A DNA stretch of 33,480 bases from Euryarchaeota archaeon TMED99 (GTDB taxonomy: Archaea; Thermoplasmatota; Poseidoniia; Poseidoniales; Poseidoniaceae). The translations under genes and the position numbers were made by a program. Where the stretch lies: NCBI GenBank assembly GCA_002170315.2, contig NHFA02000036.1:13042-46521 (forward strand), given 5' to 3'. Each line of letters begins with the position of its first letter. Within the stretch, counting starts at the first letter, position 1. Positions 9,057 through 17,744 of the stretch are shown one piece after another. The notes beneath the pieces are model-generated. The model was not told the DNA's origin. It did not search any database and saw only the letters and a program-made list of their open reading frames with translations.

Positions 9057-11060
9057 TCAGCCATGGCGGCCAAAGTGATGATCCAGTGAATCCAACGGAA
9101 GTCGTAATGCTGTAGGGCGGCCATGAACGCAAGCCCAAGGATTGGGAATTCTTCTCATATCATCGATTAATCTTCGCATTTCAGGTAAAGTCAATTTTTC
9201 ATTTGCCTTGACTGACCCTCGGCAGGCATTGAGGAATGCGAGGTGGTCTTTACGACGGTCAACGGTCTCTAAGGGGGCGCCATCCTCCGCAGTATCTTGT
9301 AAGAGGTCCATGAGGAACGGAACCAATTCTTGGCCATCAAGCAGGTGAGGAGCAGCATCAATCATCCAACCCTCTTCACTTTCTCGCACCGAAAAACCAA
9401 CTTCGCTTAAGGTGTCGACAGCAGCTGAAATTCGCGCAGATTGTCGGGCGTCGAGGTCTAATTTTACTGGCTCGATTTTTGTCTGGCTTTCCCATAATGA
9501 AGCATCATGGCGTAACCGTTCATATCGGATACGTTCATGGAGAGCATGTTGGTCAATCAGAAGTAATTCTCCCTCTGCTTGAACCAAAATATAGGAATCA
9601 GCAAATTGTGCTAATGGTTCCATTTCTGGGAGTTCATTGATGATGCCTTCGAGGGGCTTCTCTTCATTGGGCGAATGACGAATACCGCAGCCGGCATGCC
9701 GATGCAGTGTCCTTTCAGCAGGGGATAATGCAGGTGCAGTAGGTTTCTGATCTAATCCTGGAAGGGTCTCTTGTGCTTCAGGTGCTGTTGATTGTGGGCG
9801 CTTTTTTTCCACCGCTTCGGGTTCTTCCGCTTCTCTTCCGTGAAGATTCAGTTGCGCTCCAGCAGCAATGGCCCATGCAGGTGGTGCTTGTTGGGTGTCT
9901 TTTGGAAGCACAAGTGCTGAAGCACCTGCTGCAGCATCCAATGGGTCCAATGATGTTTTTTCAGCAGTAAGGTGTTCTTGAATGGATGTTGTTTTTTGGA
10001 TGCCAAGTCCTTGAAGTCCAGGAATACCTCCAGCAGCGTCAGGTTGTGTTGGAGCCGATTCAAGCGTATGAGCAATCGCTCTTTCGAGTCGTTCCAAAAC
10101 TCGCCATGAATGGCGGAGCCGCACTTCACGCTTGGTTGGATGAACATTCACGTCGACTTCTTCTGGAGGAAGGGTCAACGAAAGAACTGCAATGGGGTGC
10201 CTTCCTTGCATCAAACGTGTGCGGTAACCACGGCGAATGGCTTGAAGAAAAGGGCCAGCTGCAACGGGGCGACCGTTAATGAGAACATGGATATCGTCGC
10301 CTTTGCCACGGGTGATATCTGGCGTACTAATCCATCCACTCCAGCGCTCTTGACCCGGTGCATCAGCATCACTTTGTGGAGATTTTATCTCTAGCATTGA
10401 CTCGACTTGTCCACCCAGCAAGTCAAACAGCCTGTCCATCATTGATTCTGCAGGAGGGATGTCAAGCATGACCCGTTCATCGATGACCAGTCGGAATCCT
10501 ATGGATTGGTGAGCCATTGCGTGAGCAACAACAACATCAACGATACGCGCATTTTCAGTCGCTGGCCGGCGTTGGAATGCTAATCGAGCGGGAGTATTCT
10601 TGAATAAATGTTCAACATCGACCCGTGTACCTTTCTGCATGCCAAATGGTTCTACAGTGCCTTTTACGCCATTCTTCATAGCGATTGATTTACCTTCTTT
10701 TCCTTCTGGGCGGCTTGATATCGTGAGGTGCGAGACCATTCCGATGCTCGCTAATGCTTCTCCTCGGAAACCAAGAGTGTGAATTGAATTCAAATCCTCA
10801 GCCTTTTGCAATTTTGAAGTTGCATGTCGATCCAGCGAAAGTCGCAGGTCGTCCTCATCGATTCCACTTCCGTCGTCTTCGATACAGATGAGGTCAAAAC
10901 CACCTCGCTCAACGGTAATTACCAGACGCATTGAACCCGCATCAAGACTGTTTTCAAGCAGTTCTTTGACGACTTGAGCAGGCCGTTCGACAACCTCTCC
11001 AGCAGCGATATGCCCAATGGTGGTTTCATCCAATTGTAGAATCCTTTTTGGTTCAGACAT
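9057..11060 (-). CDS. mutL: DNA mismatch repair endonuclease MutL
   Basis: IAAGEVVERP, KELLENSLDAG, HATSK, GFRGEAL, DVNVHPTKREV; endonuclease motifs DQHALHERIRYE, ACR and CVHGRP. Confidence 0.98.
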   Translation of the reverse strand: MSEPKRILQLDETTIGHIAAGEVVERPAQVVKELLENSLDAGSMRLVITVERGGFDLICIEDDGSGIDEDDLRLSLDRHATSKLQKAEDLNSIHTLGFRGEALASIGMVSHLTISSRPEGKEGKSIAMKNGVKGTVEPFGMQKGTRVDVEHLFKNTPARLAFQRRPATENARIVDVVVAHAMAHQSIGFRLVIDERVMLDIPPAESMMDRLFDLLGGQVESMLEIKSPQSDADAPGQERWSGWISTPDITRGKGDDIHVLINGRPVAAGPFLQAIRRGYRTRLMQGRHPIAVLSLTLPPEEVDVNVHPTKREVRLRHSWRVLERLERAIAHTLESAPTQPDAAGGIPGLQGLGIQKTTSIQEHLTAEKTSLDPLDAAAGASALVLPKDTQQAPPAWAIAAGAQLNLHGREAEEPEAVEKKRPQSTAPEAQETLPGLDQKPTAPALSPAERTLHRHAGCGIRHSPNEEKPLEGIINELPEMEPLAQFADSYILVQAEGELLLIDQHALHERIRYERLRHDASLWESQTKIEPVKLDLDARQSARISAAVDTLSEVGFSVRESEEGWMIDAAPHLLDGQELVPFLMDLLQDTAEDGAPLETVDRRKDHLAFLNACRGSVKANEKLTLPEMRRLIDDMRRIPNPWACVHGRPTALRLPLDSLDHHFGRHG

Positions 11061-13707
11061 TCTTTTCGCCTCCGAGTAGTTTCTTTAGTCTATAGAGTGC
11101 GTCATGTGCTTGACGCGGTGAAAGTTCATCCGCATCGATGTCGGAAAGATATGCAAGCGTTTCTTTCTCTTCTTGACGAATGTTCGGTGCGGTTTGTTTT
11201 GCTCCGTTCTTCTGAGTAATCGCTGCGGCTGCAAAATATCCCATTAAACTCGATTGCCCTTGAGCACGTGCCGAAGGAGTTCCTGATTCACCTGCTTTTG
11301 CACCATGTGCTTGTTGTTCTAAGAATGCAAGAAGGTCGCTCGCTCGTTCGACAACTGGCCGAGGTAAGCCCGCTAAAGCAGCAACTTGAACACCGTATGA
11401 ATCATCACACGGACCATCAGCAACGGTGTGAAGGAAACGAAGTTCTCCGTCTGCTTGTGCGACTTGTACGTGGACGTTGACCAATCCATCGACCTCTCCT
11501 TCGAGGCCGATTAATTGATGATAATGTGTTGCGAATAATGTCCGTGCCCCAATTCTCTTACAGATGTCTTCAGTGACGGACCACGCGATAGATAATCCAT
11601 CAAATGTCGAAGTTCCACGGCCAATTTCATCAAGTAAAACGAGCGATTGTGGCGTAGCTCTTCGAAGAATATGAGCGACTTCAATCATCTCCATCATGAA
11701 TGTAGAACGCCCTCGGCGTAAGTCGTCACTTGCACCGACACGAGTAAAAATTCGATCGACCAGCCCAATTCTCGCTTTCTTCGCAGGAACAAAACTACCG
11801 GACTGGGCCAGGATTGTCAATAATGCCGTTGTCCGAAGGTAAGTCGATTTACCACCCATATTTGGTCCTGTGATTAAGAGGAAGTTTCTCTTCTTTTGCA
11901 ATTGAATATCATTTGGCACAAAGCCCGATTGCATTTCCAATGCAGGATGGCGGGCATCTTCGGCTTTGAGATGATGTCCTGCCGTTAACTCTGGACGAGT
12001 CCATGAACGTGTTCGAGCGATTGAAGCGAAGCATTGCAATACGTCGATTGCAGCAACTCTGCCTGCGATATTGGCGAGGAGTTGCGCGTGCATTCGACAA
12101 CGTTCTCTTAGCGAGGTAAATTCTCGATATTCCAATTCCTTGACCTTTGTATCAGCGGTTAAGAGAAGGTCGTCTCTTTCTGACAATTCATCGGTAATAT
12201 ATCGAGAACCATTGGTCATCTGTTGCTTCCGACGCCATTCTTCAGGAACTTTGGTTTCATGAGATTTTGTGACTTCAATAAACCATCCTATTTGGCGGTT
12301 CATTCGAACTTTCAGTGAAGGTATTTCCAGTTCTCGTCGTAACTTCGCTTCTAAGTCTTGGAACCAAGAATGCCCAGTTGCGGAAGTTTCTCGAAGTTCA
12401 TCGATGGTTGAATTGAGTCCTGCTCGAATTAAGTTTCCATCACGAATGCTGAGCGGAGGTTCATCGACCAGCGTACGGCGAATATCTTCTGCAAGGTCAC
12501 TCAAAGCATCTAATTCATGCGAGAGATGACCGAGGAGTGGATTTTCAGTTTCATTACAGAGATTGATGATTGCAGGCATCCGCTCTAAAGCATCCGAAAC
12601 AGCGAGCAAGTCTCGCCCATTTGACCGGTTATAGGCGAGTTGTGTTGCCAATCGTTCCATATCTCTCAGCCCACGTAGGGCTTCCCGTAGACCCTCAAGT
12701 CGACGAGCAGAACGAGCAAGTGAACCAACCGCTTCATGGCGTGCATGAATGGCTTCAAGATTGCACAGAGGGCGTAAAAGCCATGTTTTTAGCAATCGCC
12801 GTCCCATTGCACTTCGACATGCATTCATTGTCGAAAGTAGACTTCCTTCATATTCTCCTGCTAATGTTGAAGTTAATTCGAGGTTCTTCAATGTCGTTTG
12901 GTCAAGAACCAAATTTCCAGTTTCCTTGATGACTTCGATATCTCGAAGCGGTATTTCATCGGTGATGTGCATGGTTGCAAGGTAGTCGGCAGCAAGTCCT
13001 GCTGCAGCCAGTGCAATCGGCGAGTCATCTAAATCCAGATGACCTAAATCAGCGACTTTTAACACCTTTTCAAGACGGCTTCTGCGCCTTTTTTCACTCG
13101 CTCGGTGTTGGCTGATGAGAACATTGTCAAGATGGGAAAAAAGAGCGCATAGTTCAGTATCTTCTGCATCTTTAGGCGAGACGACAATTTCTGTTGGCCG
13201 CCATCTCATGATTTCATCTAACGCTCGAGCAAAGCGGTCATCCCCGTTCAAGTCAGAAGCCCATGCTTGACCCGTAGATGCATCGACAATTCCGACTCCT
13301 AGCGTTGACTTATCGAGTACGACTGAAACCAAAAGGGAACGTTCATCTGTTCCAAGTAACGATTCTTCATACAAACTTCCAGGTGTGTAAACTCTTGTCA
13401 CCATACGTTCCAAGATCTTCGCACCTTCTCGTAGTTCTTGCTCTTGTTCTGCTACAGTGACTTTGTATCCTGCTTTCAGCATACCTCGAATGTTGTCTTC
13501 CAATGCATGCCAAGGGAATCCAGCCATTTGAATCGGTTTATCTGCCTTCTTGTCTCGAGATGTAAGAGCCAATCCGAGGATTTCAGAACCCACTTCCGCA
13601 TCCTCGTGGAATAATTCATAGAAGTCGCCCATCCTGAAGAAAAGGATCGTATCAGGGTGTTCCTTTTTGATGTCCATGAATTGGTCCATCATCCCCCTTT
13701 TTGCCAT
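11053..13707 (-). CDS. mutS: DNA mismatch repair protein MutS (MutS1)
   Basis: FFRMGDFYELF, TGPNMGGKSTY, STFMMEM, DEIGRGT, FATHYH, SYGVQVA. Start MAKRGMMDQF; overlaps the mutL start. Confidence 0.98.
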   Translation of the reverse strand: MAKRGMMDQFMDIKKEHPDTILFFRMGDFYELFHEDAEVGSEILGLALTSRDKKADKPIQMAGFPWHALEDNIRGMLKAGYKVTVAEQEQELREGAKILERMVTRVYTPGSLYEESLLGTDERSLLVSVVLDKSTLGVGIVDASTGQAWASDLNGDDRFARALDEIMRWRPTEIVVSPKDAEDTELCALFSHLDNVLISQHRASEKRRRSRLEKVLKVADLGHLDLDDSPIALAAAGLAADYLATMHITDEIPLRDIEVIKETGNLVLDQTTLKNLELTSTLAGEYEGSLLSTMNACRSAMGRRLLKTWLLRPLCNLEAIHARHEAVGSLARSARRLEGLREALRGLRDMERLATQLAYNRSNGRDLLAVSDALERMPAIINLCNETENPLLGHLSHELDALSDLAEDIRRTLVDEPPLSIRDGNLIRAGLNSTIDELRETSATGHSWFQDLEAKLRRELEIPSLKVRMNRQIGWFIEVTKSHETKVPEEWRRKQQMTNGSRYITDELSERDDLLLTADTKVKELEYREFTSLRERCRMHAQLLANIAGRVAAIDVLQCFASIARTRSWTRPELTAGHHLKAEDARHPALEMQSGFVPNDIQLQKKRNFLLITGPNMGGKSTYLRTTALLTILAQSGSFVPAKKARIGLVDRIFTRVGASDDLRRGRSTFMMEMIEVAHILRRATPQSLVLLDEIGRGTSTFDGLSIAWSVTEDICKRIGARTLFATHYHQLIGLEGEVDGLVNVHVQVAQADGELRFLHTVADGPCDDSYGVQVAALAGLPRPVVERASDLLAFLEQQAHGAKAGESGTPSARAQGQSSLMGYFAAAAITQKNGAKQTAPNIRQEEKETLAYLSDIDADELSPRQAHDALYRLKKLLGGEKNV

Positions 13708-13815
13708 GCTCAATACTCTCCTTGCTCTCGCTGGAGTCCTATGTCGTTGCCGAGAGCACATGAAGGTTCTCGCGTAGCCTAGAAAGAACTCCAGTTTTCA
13801 CGGGAATTTTGTATT

Positions 13816-15066
13816 TTATTGATTCTGCCGCATTCGACTAAAAGCCGTCCACACCATGACGCCCATCACAATACTTGAGGCAGTAAAGAAGAGGAAATTC
13901 AAGAAACCTCTTCCACTCTCTATAGAACCGATTGCTAGGGTGTCGATTGAATAGGTTCCCGTCTCACCATTTTGATTATTACCGTGAGCATAGATGACAT
14001 CATCGGAAACTCCGGATACTTCGACGGTCAGCGGAAGTGGTCGTGCTAAAGGCATCTTCTCTGGAATTCCTTCTCTCATCCGAACAATCGATGTGCTGCC
14101 TTCACTTCCGAACATCCAAACAGCGCCTTTTTCATCAAGTGCAACAGATTCACTGGAGACTTCAACATCGGTCATTGTTCCATCCAGAGCAATATGAACT
14201 GCAGAGTCGGTGCCTGCAGCAAGAAGACTACCATTTTCAAGTTTAATCAGAGAGTGAATTTCACCTCTCTCAAGCTCTTCAATCGATGTGAGCATTGGGG
14301 CAGTAGGTCCTGCGGACCATGAAATGAAACCTATCACGGGGTGTTTGAGCGGTGCAGCAGGGCTGTTTTCATCGGCACCAAATGTATTGGCCATCAAACC
14401 TGTTGCAATCCATGTACCGTCGTCCAGAGCCTCAACCATATTCCATTCGAAGTCGTCGGAATTCACCATTGCAGCGGTTACAGTTGCACCTCCAAATGCG
14501 GCTTGAGCAGGTTGGAGTGGTGTAGCAACATTTCCAAAGCCTCTGAGGCTTGAAGTGTTTCCTTCATCCGTAGCCATGAGCCAATGGTAGCCATCGCCGT
14601 TGGCTTGTTCAGCAACATCGAGAATATCGAAGGATTCTTGATTCTCGTTGAGTGGGACAATGGTGCGCTGTAAATTTTCAGATTTCACGTGGATGACTTC
14701 CAATGTATTGTTTGAGGGCGATACGACGATACTTCCGTCATGAAGTTGTGTCATGAAGGTCATTCCCAAGATATCTTCGTAATCTGCACCTATGTCTCTA
14801 GCGTCACCTTGATCATCGTAGTGGAACATCACTCCACCTTCATCTCCCAAGACCATTGCAGTGTAACTGCCTGAGTCTCCATACACGATATCCAATACCC
14901 GCCCATCAACGGCTTCGAGTCCATCGCTGCGGTAGTCGACGCCAGGGAGGGAAGAAGTTCCTTGAATCGCGATTGCTCCGAGGAGAATAAATACAAAAAA
15001 GCCAGAAATAGCGACCCATTGGTGTTCAGATTCTTCTTCAAGAAGCCCTCTCCATCCCTTCGCCAT
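13816..15066 (-). CDS. Hypothetical membrane protein with N- and C-terminal TM helices and an acidic beta-rich (propeller-like) middle domain
   Basis: Hydrophobic segments WVAISGFFVFILLGAIAI and FLFFTASSIVMGVMVW. Probable start MAKGWRG at 15066. Confidence 0.7.
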   Translation of the reverse strand: MAKGWRGLLEEESEHQWVAISGFFVFILLGAIAIQGTSSLPGVDYRSDGLEAVDGRVLDIVYGDSGSYTAMVLGDEGGVMFHYDDQGDARDIGADYEDILGMTFMTQLHDGSIVVSPSNNTLEVIHVKSENLQRTIVPLNENQESFDILDVAEQANGDGYHWLMATDEGNTSSLRGFGNVATPLQPAQAAFGGATVTAAMVNSDDFEWNMVEALDDGTWIATGLMANTFGADENSPAAPLKHPVIGFISWSAGPTAPMLTSIEELERGEIHSLIKLENGSLLAAGTDSAVHIALDGTMTDVEVSSESVALDEKGAVWMFGSEGSTSIVRMREGIPEKMPLARPLPLTVEVSGVSDDVIYAHGNNQNGETGTYSIDTLAIGSIESGRGFLNFLFFTASSIVMGVMVWTAFSRMRQNQ

Positions 15067-15215
15067 ATTTGCAGGATGAGAAACGGGCACATGAAACCTT
15101 TTATCGAATCTGTAGTGATGTTTCATTTCCTCATTTTGGAAAATCTTGCGGCAAGGCTTGAGGCGGAGAGATGATAAAGGGAATATCGGTCGCAAGACTG
15201 CTTGGAGAGAGTATC

Positions 15216-15755
15216 ATGGCACGTAAACCAGCATCTATGTATCGACGCCTCAAGGGTCCAGCCTATACTCGACGCAAGTATATCGGTGGTGTACCGAACA
15301 ACAGAATCCAGTCTTTCCATGCTGGAAACCGAGTTGCTGCAGAGACTGGGCAATTCAAAGTTATCATGGAACTTCGAGCTGATAACAGTTGCCAGATTCG
15401 TCACACTGCATTAGAAGCTGCTCGTGTTATTTCAAACTCTACAATCCGTAAGATTGCTGGAACAGAAGGTTACGCTCTTCGAGTCCATACCTTCCCTCAC
15501 CACATTCTCCGTGAAAACAAGCAAGCAACTGGTGCAGGTGCTGACCGTGTATCTCAAGGAATGCGATGTGCCTTCGGAAAGAATGTTGGAACAGCTGCCC
15601 GTGTTAAGCGAGGTCAAAGAGTCATGTCACTACAAATCAACCCAGAACACTACACCGTTGCTCGAGATGCTCTTCGAAAAGCGAGTATGAAGTTCCCGAC
15701 TCCGTGCACTGTTCGACTCATTCAAGGTCACGAGCACCTCAAGGGACTCGTTTGA
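15216..15755 (+). CDS. rpl10e: 50S ribosomal protein L10e (uL16)
   Basis: MARKPASMYR, YTRRKYIGGVP, QIRHTALEAAR, RENKQATGAGADRVSQGMRCAFGK. Confidence 0.98.
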   Translation: MARKPASMYRRLKGPAYTRRKYIGGVPNNRIQSFHAGNRVAAETGQFKVIMELRADNSCQIRHTALEAARVISNSTIRKIAGTEGYALRVHTFPHHILRENKQATGAGADRVSQGMRCAFGKNVGTAARVKRGQRVMSLQINPEHYTVARDALRKASMKFPTPCTVRLIQGHEHLKGLV

Positions 15756-15957
15756 AAACCGTTGGGCTCAGCCCAATGTCAGTCAAACCTCTGTTTGGCA
15801 AGGCTTCTTGGGCGCGAGTTCCTTAAGTCAGAAGCAAGGCCATCGAATCAGCAAACAACGGAGATTTAGATATGATTGAAGTAAATACCGAGGGCGACAT
15901 TCGTGAAACCTCGGTGGATTACTTGTCATCAAGACTTTTGCACAAGGCGGTGATTGG

Positions 15958-17730
15958 ATGAGAGTTGCTATCCTTGACCAAGAACGCTGTAAGCCAAACA
16001 GTAACGCCTTTAATTATCTGCAAAAGTATGCTGGTGCGTGTGGCAGTGAATGTATTCAGGCGACTGAAGAAGAATGTAAAATCTTAGAATCTGCATGCCC
16101 ACCTTGCCTTATTCGAGCGAAACTCTGTCCTGATGATGCGGTGAAAATCATCAATCTCCCAGAAGAACTTGATACCGATATGATTCACCGTTTTTCACTC
16201 AATGGTTTCCGTCTTTTCCGTCTCCCAGCACCAAGAAAACGCCAGGTAGTTGGAATACTTGGTCCGAACGGAATCGGTAAATCTACTGCCATCAAACTCC
16301 TTTCAGGTTCATTACGTCCAAACCTCGGTGATTGGGAAAGCACTCCACCTGATTGGGATGAGATTATCTCGATGTTCCCAAGAGGTGAGTTGCGAGATTA
16401 CCTTGGCTTGGTTTCCCAAGGTGAAGTGACTATTTCAACCAAACCTCAACACATTGACAAGTTACCGAAAGTGTTTGATGGTGAGGTGCGTGGACTTCTT
16501 TCACGCGTCGACGACCGAAATGAACTCGAAACTTTTGCCAGCGAACTAGGAATTACACACATCTTAGGTCGAAAACTTGGAGATTTATCGGGTGGTGAAT
16601 TACAGAGAGTCGCCATTTGTGCAACCTTGCTCAAAGAAGCAGATGTTTACTTCTTTGATGAACCTTCATCGTATCTTGATATTTATGAACGAATGAGGAT
16701 GGTTCTCATTCTTCAAGCGTTGGCTGAAAGAGGTAAGCGTGTTCTCGTGGTCGAACACGATTTGGCAATTCTTGATGTTCTTTGTGACTTGGTACACATC
16801 GTTTATGGAGATAAGGGCGGATATGGAATTTTCACTCCTTCTCGATCGACCCGTACAGCGGTGAATGCTTACCTCGATGGCTTCTTAGTCGAAGAAAATG
16901 TTCGTATTCGTGACAAGCCAATTCGTTTCTTGAAGCACTATGAACGGGTGAGTGAGCAAGGTAATGCCGTTCTGGAATGGGGTGATTTGGAAAAGAAACT
17001 CGGAGATTTCACCCTCACAACTGGCAAAGGTGCAGTTCATCGTTCAGAGGTTGTTGGCGTGGTTGGTCCTAACGCAACAGGTAAATCGACAATGATTAAA
17101 ATTCTCGCTGGAGAGATGGATTACGATGCTGGATGGGTATCTGATGGCGCCTCAATCTCATACAAACCTCAGCACATCACTGCAGATTTTGATGGAAGCG
17201 TTCAACTCTGGCTCGATACTGAAATTGGGCCGAAATGGCGTTCTGGTGAATTCAATGTCACAGTCATACGTGCACTTGGCGTCGATAAATTACTTCCAAA
17301 GAGAGTAAAGAAACTCTCCGGTGGTGAACGTCAAGCAGTTGCTCTAGCTATTTGTTTGGGTCGAGAAGCCGATTTGTATCTTTTTGATGAACCGTCTGCT
17401 CATTTGGATGCAAATGCTCGAATGGTTGCTGCTAAAGCTATCCGTAAAACGATGGAAATTAATGAGAAGTCCGCATTTGTAATTGATCACGATGTCTATT
17501 TTATCGATATTGTGAGTGACTCTTTACTTGTGTTTGAGGGCGAAGGTGCAGTTCATGGTTCTGCCAAAGGCCCATTCCGTCTTCGTGAAGGAATGAACCG
17601 CTTCCTTCAAAGTGTCAATATTACATTTCGGCGAGATCATGATTCAAAGCGCCCTCGAATCAATAAACCCGAGAGCCGTAAAGACAGAGAACAGAGGTCA
17701 GATGGTGACTTCTATTCATTCGAAAATTGA
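15958..17730 (+). CDS. rli: Ribosome recycling ATPase ABCE1/RLI1 with atypical N-terminal Cys domain
   Basis: IINLPEEL, FRLFRLP, GPNGIGKST, LSGGELQR, DEPSSYLD, second NBD GPNATGKST/LSGGERQ, hinge ITFRRD..RPRINK. Confidence 0.97.
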   Translation: MRVAILDQERCKPNSNAFNYLQKYAGACGSECIQATEEECKILESACPPCLIRAKLCPDDAVKIINLPEELDTDMIHRFSLNGFRLFRLPAPRKRQVVGILGPNGIGKSTAIKLLSGSLRPNLGDWESTPPDWDEIISMFPRGELRDYLGLVSQGEVTISTKPQHIDKLPKVFDGEVRGLLSRVDDRNELETFASELGITHILGRKLGDLSGGELQRVAICATLLKEADVYFFDEPSSYLDIYERMRMVLILQALAERGKRVLVVEHDLAILDVLCDLVHIVYGDKGGYGIFTPSRSTRTAVNAYLDGFLVEENVRIRDKPIRFLKHYERVSEQGNAVLEWGDLEKKLGDFTLTTGKGAVHRSEVVGVVGPNATGKSTMIKILAGEMDYDAGWVSDGASISYKPQHITADFDGSVQLWLDTEIGPKWRSGEFNVTVIRALGVDKLLPKRVKKLSGGERQAVALAICLGREADLYLFDEPSAHLDANARMVAAKAIRKTMEINEKSAFVIDHDVYFIDIVSDSLLVFEGEGAVHGSAKGPFRLREGMNRFLQSVNITFRRDHDSKRPRINKPESRKDREQRSDGDFYSFEN

Positions 17731-17744
17731 GGTGTGATGAGAAA

